Below, one piece after another: positions 36,401-54,634 of a DNA stretch of 64,000 bases. The stretch comes from Blastocystis sp. Blastoise (taxonomy: Eukaryota > Protista > Bigyra: Opalinata): positions 248,001 to 312,000 of the forward strand of contig JBBPEB010000006.1 of NCBI GenBank assembly GCA_039096225.1, in the 5' to 3' direction. Under the pieces are notes generated by a model, which saw nothing but the letters and a program-made list of their open reading frames with translations, was not told the origin of the DNA and made no database searches. The position numbers were made by a program, and so were the translations under genes. Within the stretch, counting starts at the first letter, position 1. Each line of letters starts with the position of its first letter.

Positions 36401-38340
36401 TAATAATAATAAAATACTTCACCATCATCATCCACGTATTTAGCGACAATACACTTATCTTCAATGGCCTTTTGTTTGACTTGTTTATCAGGCCAGTAGC
36501 ATTGACCTTCACCATGAGCAACCCAAACACCTAAAGTAGTACCAGCCATACCAGAGAAGAAAACAGAGTTACTTTCTTCAAAACGAATGTTAACGAAACG
36601 AGATTCAAAACGACCACTCTTATTATGAATGAATCTAGGTTGTTTTTCTTCAGCAATACCTTGTTCAGGAACGAAGTTAATATGAGCCATAAGTTGACAA
36701 CCATTACAAATACCAAGGGAGAAAGTATCCTTTCTATTATAGAATTCATAGAATTGTTTCTTAAGATCTTCATTATATAAAATAGCACCAGCCCAACCCT
36801 TAGCAGATTCTAAAACATCAGCATAACTGAATCCACCAACGAAAACAATACCTCTAAATTGATCTAAAGAAACAGTCTTATTAACTAAATCATTAATATG
36901 AACATCATAAACTTCAAAACCAGCAGAATAGAAAGCAGAAGTCATTTCTCTATCACCATTAGAACCTTCTTCTCTAATAATAGCAACTTTATAATTAGAA
37001 GCATTCTTCATAAACATTTCAGGAGTTAAAGAAGGAACATAAGTAGTATGCCATTTAGGAGCATGTCTATTCTTAAGACCATCTCTTTCTTGTTTAGCAC
37101 AAACAGGGTTACATTGTCTTAATTCAATTTGATAAGATGTTTCTTCCCAGAGATCTCTTAATTCAGTCATATTTTCATCAATGACAGTTTCATCATTATA
37201 AACAATATGAATCTTCTTTTCAGCAATAGTTCTACCAAGATTAACAATAGATACACCATGTTTAGCATATAAATCCATAACAGTTTGAAGTTTATCATCT
37301 TCAACTTCCATACAAAGACCAAGTTCTTCACCATAGAAATAATTAAGAGCAGGTAATTCACTCTTAATATTAAGATCAAGACCACAATCACCAGTAAATG
37401 CCATTTCAGAAACAGTAGTAATAAGACCACCATCAGAAACATCATGACCAGATAAGAGATATTGATTCATAATACATTCTTGAGTAGCTTCAAAGACGGT
37501 AGATAAATAGTGACTATCTTCAACATCAGCACAAGTAGTACCGATTTGTTTATAGACAGAAGCTAAAGCAGTAGCACCAAGACGGCCCTTTCCTTTAGAA
37601 ATATCAATATAAAGAATAGAAGAATGACCAGGTTTCTTAAGATTAGGAGTAACTACCTTATAAACATCAGGACAAGGAGCATATAAAGAGATAACTAAAG
37701 TACCAGGAGCCTTAACAATTTCATTATCAACCTTAGCAGCCATAGAACAAGAATCCTTACCACCATCAACAGCAACACCAATTTCCTTCATAAAGTTGCT
37801 CATAGCTTCACAGCAAGAGTACATACTACTAGCTTCACCAGGAAGTTTAGCAGCCCACATCCAATTACCACTACACTTGGTCTTCTTAAGACCTTCAATA
37901 GGAGCCCAAACAAGGTTAGTAACAGCTTCACCAACAGAAACTCTACCCATAGCTTGAGGATTAATAAGACCCTTAACAGGTTGTTCACCAATAGAAGAAG
38001 CTATACCTGTAGAAGAGAAATGAGATTGAGCTACAACAGCTACATCAGAAATAGGAATATGAAGAGGACCACAACTTTGTTGTCTAGCAATAAGACCAGT
38101 AACAGATCTATCAACTTTATTAGTTAAGAAACTCTTAGAACCAACAGAAATAAGACGGAATACACGATTTAATCCTTCACGAACAGTAAGTCCTTCAGGG
38201 AAATGAAGATCTTCATGAGGAAGAGGATGAGTAGTATCCACAAAAGTCTTCTTAGGCATATCTCCTAATACTAAACTTAATTCTACATCGACAGCAGTTT
38301 GATTATTCTTAGAATCAATAACCTTCACTCTACCAGTATC

Positions 38341-38419
<79 letters not shown>

Positions 38420-38928
38420 TTAAAAAAAAAAAAAAAAAGAAAAAAAAAAAAAAATAATAATAATAATAATATTAATAATATAAATACCAGCAACATGACC
38501 AACAAATTGAACAGGAATGTTTTCTCTTTGACCAATAGCAGCTAATTCAGGTTTATCTTCTTCTCTACATAAGATAGCATCATTTTCTTGATATTCAGCA
38601 CCCCATAATTCTCTAACAGACATAGTATCATCACCAACAGCTAATTGACGAATATCAATTTCAGCACCAAGAGGATCACAGATTTCCTTAAGGACATTAC
38701 CATTACCACCAGCACCTTGATCATGAATACTAACAATAGGATTCTTGTCTCTCATTTCAATACAAGCACGAATAAGTCTATTCATCTTATTTTCCATTTC
38801 AGCATCACCTCTTTGAACAGCATCAAAATCAAGATCCGATTGAGAAGCATCTTGAACACGAGAAGAAGCAGCACCACCACCTAAACCAATACGATAAGCA
38901 GGACCACCAACCTATACATAATATTAAA

Positions 38929-38961
<33 letters not shown>

Positions 38962-40765
38962 TAATAAAAAAAAAATAATAATAATAAAAAAAAAATAATA
39001 ATAATAATAAAAAAATAATAATAATAAAAAAAAAAAAATAATAATAAATAATAAAAAAAAAAAAAAAATAATAATAATAATAATATAAAAATACCTTAAC
39101 CATGGCCATTCCTTTTTCAGGTTTAGATTTATGAATATGGATATTATCAAGTTGACCAATACCACCGGAGAACATAATAGGTTTAATATATTCTCTTCTT
39201 TCCTTGTTAGGTAAGGTTTGACCATAAGAACGAGTGAAACCAGTAACAACAGGTTCACCAAACTTATTACCATAATCAGAAGCACCATTAGAAGTTTCAA
39301 TTTCAATAGTTAAAGGAGCAGCAAGATTACTAGGATATTTATAATCCTTTTCTTCCCAAGGTAAATCATATCCAGGAATATGTAATTGACCTACGGAATA
39401 CCCAGCAGTACCGGCCATAACATTAGCACCAATACCTGTAGCTTGAACATCACGAATACGACCACCAGTACCAGTTTCAGCACCATTGAAAGGAGCAACA
39501 CCCGAGGGGAAGTTATGGGTTTCACAAGATAATAAAGGATGAGATAATAAGGATTCCTTAATAAACTTAGAAGGATGACCAGGGTTTTCAGGACGAATGG
39601 TTTCAATATTATAACCATAAATAGCAGAGGAATTATCATTAAAAGCAATAACAGAGTTCTTCTTAGCTTCTTCAGTCAATGTTCCTTTAACTAATTGGAA
39701 AAGAGTTTTATCTTTCTTTTCTCCATCAATAACCATATGACCTCCAAAGAACCAATGACGACTATGTTCAGAATTACTTTGAGCAATATCAAATAATTCG
39801 ACATCTGTAGGATTACGCTTCATCATATCTCTAAATACAGCAGTATAATACTTTAAATCTTGATCATCAAAAGATAAACCAAATTCAGAATCTAACTATA
39901 TATAAGAATTATATTATATTATGATAGGTTATACTCAACTAAAAATAATAAATATAATAATAAATATAATAATAATAATATTTCATTAATAAAATGAATA
40001 CCTTCTTTAAGAGTTCTTCTCCTTCTTCAACAACAGGATAAGTCTTAATAGGTTGAGCAACCATACCAGTCTTAAAGGTAATTAAAGGCTTTTCATAAAC
40101 CATTTCAGTCATTTTATCATGAATAGAAGCAACAAAAGCTTGTTTTTCTTCTTCAGAAAGAACTTCATTACAATGAAGAAGAATTCTACGAGAACGTTCC
40201 ATTCTAGGAACATTTTCAATACCACAAGCACGGAAAATAGCAATAGCATTAGTAGACCAAGCAGTGGAGAAATTAAGACGAGGACCAACTTCAACAATGA
40301 AATCAGATTCGGTCTTAGCACTTAAAAAGTTGGTTTTTGCAAATCCAGCACGGTTGAAACTATCAGATAATAACCAAGTAACAATCTATATTTAAGAAAA
40401 TTTAATAAAATGACCAAATATTATTCGAAAACTGAAAAATAATTTATTAATTAAAAATAATTTATAACAGTGAAAAACATTTCATATAAATTATATCGGT
40501 ATAAAGTTAATGAGCATTAAGAAAAAAGAAATAAAACTTAAAAGTCGCTTACTTTGAATTGTTCTTCAGTAAAGTCTTCAGTAACTTGAATATTGAAACA
40601 ATATTCAGTTTCTAATGATTCAACCTTCTTAGAAACATGATCTTGAGTCTTATGAAGAAGAGTCTCAGTAGCAAATTCGGTAAAACCAGGGAAACGATAA
40701 AAATGAAGGATATTCTCACTATATTTATATATGTACTATATGTACATAGATTTATACGTGCTCAT
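36075..40765 (-). CDS. PFAS: Phosphoribosylformylglycinamidine synthase (large PurL/PFAS); 7 exons
   Basis: EVGPRLNFSTAWSTNA, AQSNSEHSRHWFF, ETHNFPSGVAPF, IHDQGAGGNGN, LGICNGCQL, VAHGEG and MMPHPER. Confidence 0.97.
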
Positions 40766-42233
40766 TATATTGAGTAACCTTTGGTAAAAGAAAAAGTATA
40801 CAAATTCTTTCTGATCAACAGTGTGGAGAGTATCTAATGGTTTTTCTGGTTCCTCAAATCAACGAATAATCATGGTTATCCGATTAATTACAGCCTTTCA
40901 TTTTGATAGTCTTTTCTTGGTTCAAGTGTCACCAATCAAATTCGATCAAGGATGTGTTCGATGAATACTCTCTGTGGATGGTATTTCCGCCATTATTCGA
41001 TTCTTTTAATGTTTTATTCCCTACCCTAAAGCGAGCAAAAGTATTTCTCTCCATAAAACTAACCAATCAATTGATTGCAACTATGACGAACCAATGAAGT
41101 CGTCTAAAGACAACTGAAGCCTTTTCATTGTTCTTTTAGCTTCTTTTGATGTATTTTATCTTTTTTCTCATAAACAATGACAGTTTTATGTATATTCTAA
41201 TGAAACATACTATATTTCTTGACAATATACAAAAATATATTTCTAAAATTACGGATTGAAAGCTCATTTGATAACTTTTGATCATTAACAAAAGAAAATA
41301 GTTTTTTTTTTCTGCAAATCATACTTTTAGAAATTAATGAATTATAATTACATATTGTTTTAATAAACGGAAGCCAAATCAATCTTAACTTCTATTCTGG
41401 AATGCAACCTTTTACCACCAAATTGTCGATTGGATGCATTTAATGAAATAATAAGATGCTATTAATTATTCTTTGAACAACAAACTAGTTCTCATGTCTA
41501 GAGAAAGAACTAGTTTTTTTCAATATATGGGAAAGTCTTTGAAAATTGTTGTTATTTTTAAAATAGCACAATCTACATATGTTTTACTGTATATAAAGCA
41601 TTGTAGAGATATGTATTTATTGACGAAACCATAATGTCACTTGTTTCTCCCTTTTTGTAAACAAAAACACCAGCTTTATTCAATAACAATTATTGTTGGA
41701 ATCAGAAAAAACATGAAATGAAATCATAGAAAACAATTAACAAATAATCAAAACAATATAGTATCTATATTTTTAAAAATTTAATTAAAATATGTTACTC
41801 AGGTCTTAAGTTATTTGAAATATGAAAAGAATAATTAAAACCAAGACTTCATATCACTAACAATATTACTAAAAATACTATAATGAAAGCAATCTAGGTT
41901 TGTTAAGAATACGACATTCCACAAAGCAATTTATATATGTTTCAAATAAAATTCCAAATCAGGAAACAAGTGGAAATTATAAAATGCAAAATTGAATTGT
42001 CTTTGAATCTAATTGGATAAAAAAACAAATCATCTGGAAAATAAAAATCCCCAAGAAAAAGAAATGACTTCATTTGAGTCGAAATTGAATGACTAGGAAT
42101 AATACGTAGAAGCTTCCGGAATTTCAGTATAAAAGTCCGAAAAGCTATACGGAAATTGTGGCTCCATCAGACAGATAAAAGTGAATGTTAATAAGAGTTT
42201 TAAATATATTTTCTTTTCTTTTTGGATACTATA

Positions 42234-44072
42234 ATGAAGGCTGCTTTATTATTTTTATTTGCTGCTGTAGTATTTTCTCAATGTCTTGAAGGACAATATG
42301 GTCCTGAAGGTGAATGCAAACCTTGTGAAAAGGGTTTTTATTGTCATGATGGTGTAAAGAGAGCTTGTACTGGTAGAAACTATGCTGATGAAGAAGGTTT
42401 AGATCAATGTAAGTCTTGCTTAGGTGAAAAGATGGGTGCTTTTGCTACTTCTGGTTATGGTAATGATAAATGTGAAATTTGTATGGCTGGTTACAGTTGT
42501 AATAATGGTCAAAGCCGTCCTTGTGATTCTTATTCTTATTCTCATGTCACTGATGGTGTCTGTCAAACCTGTACTGATGGTAACTACATCATTACTGAAA
42601 GTCCTAATAACAGAATGGTTAACACTGATTGCCAATCTTGTGGAGCTGGTTATGCTTGTCCTAATATTTTCACTAGATATCAATGTGCTGCTCAAACTTA
42701 TGGTCTTGGTGTTGATTCCAGTGACTGTAGAGGTTGTTATGGTACTGTAAGTGCTACTAACGATGCTTGTGACAGAGTTGTTTGTGCCGAAGATGAAACT
42801 TATAGAGGTGGTAAATGTGTTTCTAAGACTTATGCTTGTTCTGCTCTTGAAGGTTACACTTATGATCATGAAGATATGTTAGAAAACACTGTTGCTTTCA
42901 AGTCTTGCTCTGAAACTGCTGATGATAATGTTGCTGGATATACTACTATGGTTTGTACTGCTGAAGGTTGGGTTGAAGGATTCAATTATTGTGGTATGTA
43001 GATATTATTATTATGATCATTTTTTTTTTTTTGAAGCTATTTTGTTAATTATTAATATTTTTGAAATATACAATTTATAAATTTTTAATAACATATATGT
43101 TAATAATGAATTTTTTTTATAGCTGCTCCTATTGAAGGTTCTATGCCTATTGATGTAGAATATACTTTACATAGTGTTTATTATAAGGATGTTGAAGGTC
43201 TTAAGAATGAAATCTTCAATGCTTTCCTTCTTGTTTATCCTTCTTTATTTGGTGATTTAATTATTACTAAGATTGAAGATAAGGGTAATTATGAACAAGA
43301 TACTATGAGTACTTTACTTGCTATTAGAATTTATGCTTTCGTTAACAAACATGCTGAAATTATCAGAAGCTTCCAATATGCTAACCATAAGACTATGGTT
43401 GTTGATGCTCTTACTATGTATGCTCCTAAATTCTTCTTTGTAAATTCTGTTATTGATGTTGAATACAAGGGTGTTCTTACTAATTACAGAAAACAATGTG
43501 AAGCTGAAGTTGAAAATTGGGTTGATACTTATCAATGGGAACAACAAATTCTTCTTGAAGGTAGTGGTCATAATCTTTGTGATGGTAGAGATACTGGTGT
43601 TGTTCTTCGTAACTGTCAAACTAAGGCTTTCCAAGCTTTCTGGGGTCCTACTGAAGATAATGCTTGTTGGCCTAATGAATATGAAGCTAACACTGCTGAA
43701 ATCGGAATTCTTAAGGGAACTATTACTCTTAATAAAGTCTATTACAACTTTGTTGGTTATAACGTTACTAAATTCATCATTCCTGCTATGATTCGTGCTC
43801 AACCTGTTCAAGTATTTGGTATTGAAATTTCTCCTCTTTGGGGAACTTTAGAAACCATTGCTGAAGGTACTACTCTTCCTCCTCATAATAAATTACCTAA
43901 GACTCACTTTAATTTCATGTATGCTATTCCTAGAACTCAAATGGATGCTTTATATGCTACTATGACTACTGGTAACTTCGCTAATAGATTTATGAGTAAT
44001 CTTAATGAAATTGATGAAAACCGTTTCTTCTTTGAAGTTACTGCTTCCGTTCATGATGTTGTTAGAAACTAA
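42234..44072 (+). CDS. Secreted cysteine-rich protein; 2 exons (intron 42995-43122)
   Basis: Signal peptide MKAALLFLFAAVVFS, CxxCxxGxxC repeats, two C..G..C..W..C modules, no TM or obvious GPI tail, strong T-ending codon bias. Confidence 0.85.
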
Positions 44073-44728
44073 ATTTAATGAATATAACTTTATAGTTAAA
44101 TTATGATCATTCTTTTTATTTATTTCCTCTTCTTTTTTAATGATTAATTTAATGTAAATTCTTCTACTATTTGGTGTATTCATTTTCTTCTTTCAGCCTT
44201 GTTCTTTACTTCATTTTATAATATATATATTTATATTTATTTTAAGTATCTAAATTATATATGTATATATTATGATATTCTGTTGTGGTTTATTTACTAT
44301 ATATATATAGCTAGATTATCTTTTATTAGTTTTAATTTATTTTTAATTATTTATTTATGTTTTTTTAACAATCAATTTACGAGTTTAAAAGAAGTATAAA
44401 AGTTTCATCATTTTTTCCTTTTGTTCAATCTCCATTATGATGTTTTTTATATATTTTAATTGACAGACAAGTACAAACAATAAATTAAATAGTTTTGATA
44501 TTATATACATAAATTTTTTTTTTTTTTGTGAAAAAATACCATAATTGAGAAAAACCATTATTTTTTCTATAAAATATCGAAAATACGTATTTTAATCATG
44601 GTTTTCGAAAAAAAATGTTTTCATTTGTTTTTGGCGCCATTCAAATAAAATGGAGGCAATTATTTATTGATGAATTTATTTTTATTCATGAGTCTTCTAT
44701 AATAGAGTTTAAATATATAAAATAAAGA

Positions 44729-45678
44729 ATGTCAAATATTATTGATGGTAATCTAGTTGCAAAGAGTATTAAGAATGACTTAAAAGAAAAAATTCAAAAG
44801 ATGAATGATACTATTGGACAAGTAAGTTCTTTAATTAGACAATAATTTATTTCTATAAGCATAGTTCATCATAATGTGTTCTATTTTATTTTATTTATGC
44901 TATTATAGGTTCCTGGTCTTGCAGTCATTATTGTAGGATGTCGAAAAGATTCTCAAGCGTATGTCAACGCTAAGAAGAAGGCTTGTCAAGATATTGGTAT
45001 GAGATCTTTAAGTTTTGAACTTCCAGAGACAGCAACTCAAGATGAAGTTCTAGCTGTTATAGAAAAATTGAATAATGATTCTTGTATACATGGCATTTTG
45101 GTACAACTTCCTCTTCCTTCTCATATAAAAGAATCAGTTATTGTGGATGCAATTAGTGGTGAGAAAGATGTTGACGGTGTTCATCCTGCAAATATTGGTC
45201 GTATTGCTATGAAGAAACGAGTTCCTCATTTTGTTTCATGTACTCCAAAAGTATTTTTTTAATGTTTTATAGTATTTTTTTAATAATTAGAATTATAGTT
45301 ATGTTTATTATATTATTATTTATAGGGTTGTTTGGCATTATTAGAACATTATCATGTTCCAATTGAAGGAAAACATGCTGTTATTATGGGAAGAAGTAAT
45401 ATTGTAGGAATCCCTTTAGCGTTAAGTTTATTAAAGAGAAATGCAACGGTCACTATTTGTCATACGAAAACAGCAAACGAAGCAGATATTGTTAAACAAG
45501 TATTTAATGTTTTATTTATTTATTTATTTTATTTTTATTTATTTATTTATTTATCTATTTATTTATTTATCTATTTATTTTTTATTTATACATTTATTAA
45601 CTAATATATATATATAGGCAGATATATTAGTAGTAGCTATTGGACATGCTCATTATGTTAAGAAAGAATGGATCAAAG

Positions 45679-45723
<45 letters not shown>

Positions 45724-46058
45724 ATTATTACTATTATTATTATTATTTTTTGTAATGTTTTCTGTTATTATTTTTTTTATTCTATATATTTTCTTCTTAC
45801 AATAATTATATTTATATAGGAGCAGTAGTAATAGACGTAGGTATAAATTCAATTGATGACCCAAACAGTAAAAAAGGATATAAACTCGTTGGAGACGTGG
45901 ATTTTGATAATGTATATATATATATATATAAATCATTAATATTTATTTTTTTTTTATATTTTAAATAATACTTATTATATATATAGGTAAAAGAGAAATG
46001 TTCTTTAATTACTCCTGTTCCTGGAGGTGTAGGTCCCATGACTATCACTATGCTTCTC

Positions 46059-46113
<55 letters not shown>

Positions 46114-46199
46114 TCTATATATATATATGCTAATTATTATATATATAGAATACATTTGATAGTGCATGCAATTATTATCATTATGAGGAACAATTATAA
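44729..46199 (+). CDS. folD: Methylene-THF dehydrogenase/cyclohydrolase; 8 exons
   Basis: [53 protein letters not shown] and [12 protein letters not shown]. Confidence 0.95.
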
Positions 46200-47946
46200 T
46201 ATATATATAGATAGATATTCTCATATTTTAGTCACTATATACTCTTTTAAAAGAATTTATTTTTTTTTTAACTTTTCATTTTTCTCTCTTTTTTTTAATT
46301 CATTATTTTAAAATCATTCATGTATATCATTAGGAGTGTTTTGTTTATAAATAAAGACATAAAATATTCTATGAATAATAATATCATATCAATTATTCAT
46401 CGTTTATAACATACTAATTCTTGTAAAATCATAACTATTCGTATATATATAATGATAGAATATACTTGAAAATAATACTATATATATATTAATAAACAAA
46501 GCAAGTTTATTATATGTGAATAACACTGAAATACTCTCTTCATTATTAAAACAGAAAACAAAATTATGAATAAAAAATAGAGAAAAAAAGGAAAAAGAAT
46601 ACAAAGTCAAATAATAGTATTTAGAAAAAAAAAAGAAAATTTGTATAATAAAATATAAAAAGTAGATAAAAAAATATCAAATGACTTTAAAAAATTAGCC
46701 ACAACAAGAAATAAAAACAAAAAAAAAACAAGAAAGAGATAGATGATAAGATATTACACTATTATTAATATTGTTAAGGTAGAAATATATACATATATAT
46801 ATCTGTTTAGAAACGATATTATAATAATGTTTAAATACATTTATATATATAACGTATATATACAATGATACAAGAAATTTGAAAATAAATGATTAGAAGA
46901 ATATATAAAAAAAAGAAGTGGTTAATAAAATATAATGGATATTATATATATATATAGATATAAAGAATTTATAAATAGTTGAAAAGGAATTGTTTAAAAT
47001 AAGAGTTTAATTGAATTGAATATATAATATATATATATAGAGTATAATAAATAGATAAAAAAGAGAGGGAAATAAATATCTAGTTATGTAAATAATTGAG
47101 GAATAAAAGTAGAATAGTGGAAAGAAATATGAAATATATATATATATATAATTAGGTACTATAAAGAATAAGATATATATAGAAATAAAGACAAAAATAG
47201 TATATGCTTATATATACATATGTATAATAAAAAATATATATATAATGAAATATAGAAATAGTTGCGAATATGAAATCATATATATATATATAAATAAAAA
47301 TAAAAGTGATTCTTTATGAATACTTCCTTAAGAAATCCCATATAGTTATATAAGTATATAGTAATGCATATATATAGATTTTAATTAAAAATAAAAATAA
47401 AATAAAAATAAAAATAAAAATTAAAAATAAAAATAAAAATAAAAATAGAGGAGGATAAAAAGGATTATATTCATAGGAAATACAATAATAAATATAATTA
47501 GTTATAATGTAATAAAAAGTAATAAATATATATATAACATAGTTTATATATATATACAAAGAGAGAGAGAAAAAAAAGAGATGGTACTTATATGGCATAG
47601 GGGATTATTAAGAAAATAATGACGACGACTCGTCATAGAAATACCAAATAAAACACGATTAACTTTAAAATATATATATATATTTATTTATATTCATTAA
47701 AATTAAAAAAAAAGAATATATAAATAAGGAAAACTTTAAAGAAAAGTACAATAAAAAAATGTATTTATAAATATATTCTTTTTATATCATAAAAAAAGTA
47801 AAATAATATATATATATTATCACATATATAGAAGTATAATAGCGTAGAGAAATGAATGGAAAAAGTAGATGTTGAGGAATAATAATAATAGAGATTTGCA
47901 ATTATGGAAAGAGCGTGGGAAAAAAGGAGGGAAATAATTTGAATAT

Positions 47947-50349
<2,403 letters not shown>

Positions 50350-52415
50350 CCAGTCTTATATCGGTGTAAACATACAGCAGAAAGGCAGTGTTCGTAATTA
50401 TTCAAATAATGGACTTTTTTCTATGTAGATTTTAAGGTACTTACTTAGTATAATATTTTCAATTTTTTCATAAAACATTATTAATTCCAAGATTAAGCTG
50501 ACTGAACTCACCTGAATCCATGGTTTCAGTAACAAATAAAAAACTCTCCATTTCTACAAGAATAAGAATCATAGGAATTCTGATTATTTCTGTAGAAACT
50601 TCTTTTTTTTTCATTTCTGGAGAAATCTTAGTCACGGGGATTTTAATCCCCTCTGGAGAAAAATGATAATTTGACATACTGAAATAATAACTGAAAGAAA
50701 AATCAGTCGAGGAATTGTTTCAAGAGAAAGATCACTACTTTTTTTTATATTAAAAGGAATAGCTTGCTTTATTAAATAGTCAAAGGGTTAACGATGGGTT
50801 TTTTTATTATTAGATGTTTCTACTATAGTTTCTGCTATTTTTTTTATAATTGTAAAAATAGATATATGAGCATTCAATTGTCGCTGCGTTGGAGAGAGTC
50901 TATGTTATTGTGAATGATATTTTTATATATATGTATAGAATCTAGGTGTGATGAGACTATGTTCAAACGAGCATTTTCAAAGCTGTTCATTTATTCTTTT
51001 TTTTGTATGAGAAAATATCATGTATTGTATCAGCTTGCAATTCTATATACTACCATAGAGTGATTAGTATTAAATCAATCAAAAAGTCTTTGAGACAGTT
51101 CAAATCGTAGTCATTTATAGATTCTTAAATAATATTATAATGATTATTGCTATTGTGACAATATTTATAGAAAAATAAATCAACTGAGAACAAAGAATAA
51201 TAATTATAGATCTATAGGAAAAATTTTCATTATGAACGCTTTTCTATTGTTATTTCATATATAGTTATATGGTTGTTGAATAACAAATCGTTTATAAATG
51301 TATATATATATATTTTCATTTATACTATTCAATAATATAATAATTTCCATGACTTTCTTTTCATGATTCTGCCTATATTTCTAAAAGAAAAAAAAGTAAA
51401 TTTCTATCTATACACTTTTTTTTAAATATACCATGCAGTTAAGATTGAAACTATTATATATAAACCATAGAAATATATATAGATACATCAAGAATAGTAT
51501 AATAGATATACTCAATAATTCTCTATAGAAAATGTTGCTATTATTTATATATAGATTTCATATTTCTTGTATCTATTGAGATTACTACACAAATATATAC
51601 ATTAATGTTTATAGATTATAGTTGATCATGAATAATGTGAATAAACAACTATTACATAGTATACATTTTATACAAACAAAAAATATATATAAACACATTT
51701 CTTATGAAGCAACTTGAGGTTTATAACAATATATTCTTTTTTGAACTTGTTCAATTATCACTGAATGTCACTCGCTCACGTTTTGGTATTTCTGATTCTA
51801 TATTTATCTAAAACCGTATTAAAAATATATTCTATCAACAAATATCATAAATGAGAGTCAAAAGTATATTTAAATACTTATTTTTTTTTCATTACATAAT
51901 AATTTCATACGTGTCTATGTCTTGCCGATAAAAGATTATTGTTATAATCTAAGTTATCATATTTTTTCTTTTCTCATTTCGACTCTTTTTCCCACTCCTT
52001 AATTTGTGTTTAAACGTGTTTTTAACGGTCATACCGTTTACCTATTATACATATATTCATATAACTATCGATCTCAACGTCTCATCATTCTTTTTTATTC
52101 TATTAAAACATTTATTCTCATTTTTCAATCAAAATTGATATATTTGGATCTTCACAATATGATTAGATGATCAAAAAATTCAAAACTGACACATGTTATC
52201 ATATTCGTGATTAACATAATTTTCATCAGTCTAACTAAGAATATTCCCACGGATAAAGAAATTGATTGACCTAAGAGAATATCCAACAGAATTTGAATTC
52301 GATTTCATTTTTTTTTGTCACCATTTTCTTGAGTGAACAAATTCGCTAAAGAATTGTGTGAAAACAAGAATAAAACATTAATCTTATTCTCATTTCATTA
52401 ATTAAATACTTCATA

Positions 52416-53679
52416 ATGGGTTCATGCAGCTCTAAAGTTCAAATAGAAGAGGATCCAATAGATTATGTATTGAATATTCTTATTAATTTTATACTCTTTA
52501 GGATGCAATAAAGAGCGTTGATTACAGTCAGAAGATGAACTACGAGGCTTACAAAATGCATGAGGCGACTCTAGCAAGCAACAATTTTCTGAAAGAGATG
52601 GAGGATCCTTCAAAATTGTTTTCATTTCCTCAAAGAATCCTTTTATATAAAAACATAGAAGTCGTTATTATCAATTATCAATATATCCCAAAGGTTCCTA
52701 AAGATATTCGAGAATTGACTCACCTGAAACGTTTAGTTCTTCAACATAATTGGTATATTATTGCTATCCAAAGTTTTTATATAATAATAGTATCATATCT
52801 ATAACGAAAGAGATCGGAAAACTAACACAATTAGAAGTACTTGATGTATCCTATAATAGGATTTCATATCTTTCATTTTTATATATTTTTATAATATCTT
52901 GATAGAATTTTTTTTATATACTAATTTTTTCAATTGCTTTTATTTTCTTAATGATTCCAATCATTTACCTTGTGAATTATCGAATTGTGTAAATTTAAGA
53001 AAGATAGATCTCAGTCATAATGAATTACAGAAACTTCATCCTTCTATTAGTTCTCTAATAGGAATTGAGAAGTTGAATATATCCTATAATAAATTCAAAC
53101 GAATACCCATGATTATCGGGTCTCTAGTGAACTTGAAGGTACTTCTTATTCATAATAATCCATTATCATCACCAGACTCTGTATATATATATATTTAGAA
53201 TCTATTATTTAGTAGCTGATATAATAAATAGATGAAATAGTTTTTATTCATATTTATATATGTAGATGGTTCTTAATAGTAGTAGCGCACAAATAATTGT
53301 GTTCTTAAAGAGTCACGTGAGCACTGAAGAAGAAGTTCGCTCAGAAGAGATAGATAGTGAGTATATTATATATATATATATTATATGTTATATGTATCTA
53401 TATATTATATATATTATATGTTATATGTATCTATGTATTATATATATATATGTAGGAGTGAAGATGATCATGACATTAAGGGAAAAACTTATATACATAT
53501 CCCTATAATAATATTAATATTATTTATAAGTATACTTAATCAGAATACTATTTTATTACTGATTTTATATTCTTTATATGTCACGTGATCTTTAACTGCA
53601 ATTACATGGAATGTCGTTTTCAGATGATGCAGACTCTGTCGATTCTGTTTATGTTGATAATCACAACAGTATATTTCTA

Positions 53680-53729
<50 letters not shown>

Positions 53730-54097
53730 TGTTATTCACCTCCAAGGTATATATATATATATATATTCATCTCCACAATTATATCCAATAGATGTTCGTG
53801 TTTCTCCTAGTTTCCCGCGGGACCCCGATTCAGTTACAGGACAAGATGTATATATAGGACCAAGTGACGACTGCAAACTAAATAAAGTGTATTTAGAGAA
53901 TTGTGTGGTTGGGTATATATATGGTATAGCAGTAGGTGATGCGATTGGTCTAATGACACGTGACATGACTGTAGATGAAGTATCTTATAATTACTCGTTG
54001 CCGTTACGATATGACGCACTCCGCATCACAGAATCAAATTGTATCTCAATCATATATATATATATATATATATATACTATATATATATATATATATA

Positions 54098-54134
<37 letters not shown>

Positions 54135-54263
54135 ATTATATTCCTGGGGATTGGACATGTTACACTGATTTTGTGCTAATTCTCATGAATATACTTTCCT
54201 CACGTGGTCATGTATCTGCGACTGATCTTGTGGCACAATTCTCCGATTATATACATCATATAT

Positions 54264-54320
<57 letters not shown>

Positions 54321-54595
54321 TTAACCAAGTACAATCTCCTTTTCCGCGGGAATCAGGTGGGTTACCATATCCCTCGTCGTATTCTCCATCTGTTACGTGA
54401 CCCTCATTTCTGTGAGGATCCTATAACGATATCTAACGTATATATTATATACTATGTATTATATATTATATATTATATATAATATATTATATATTATATA
54501 CTATATATTATATATAGACTATTCCCGATGACGAAGAGTGTGTCGATTTATTTCCTGTTGTTTTGACGTTACCCTTGGCTGTATATATGTATATA

Positions 54596-54634
<39 letters not shown>

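Noticed and set aside
36075-46199. PFAS and FolD as a purine/folate gene cluster
   Set aside because: They are separated by an unrelated gene on opposite strands, so chance proximity is sufficient.
47619-47636. Hairpin ATGACGA-CGAC-TCGTCAT downstream of DYRK as a SECIS element
   Set aside because: Too short, lacks SECIS geometry, and DYRK has no in-frame UGA.
50468-50677. 69-aa ORF upstream of DYRK
   Set aside because: No recognisable motif. It is probably leader or promoter sequence, though a uORF cannot be excluded.
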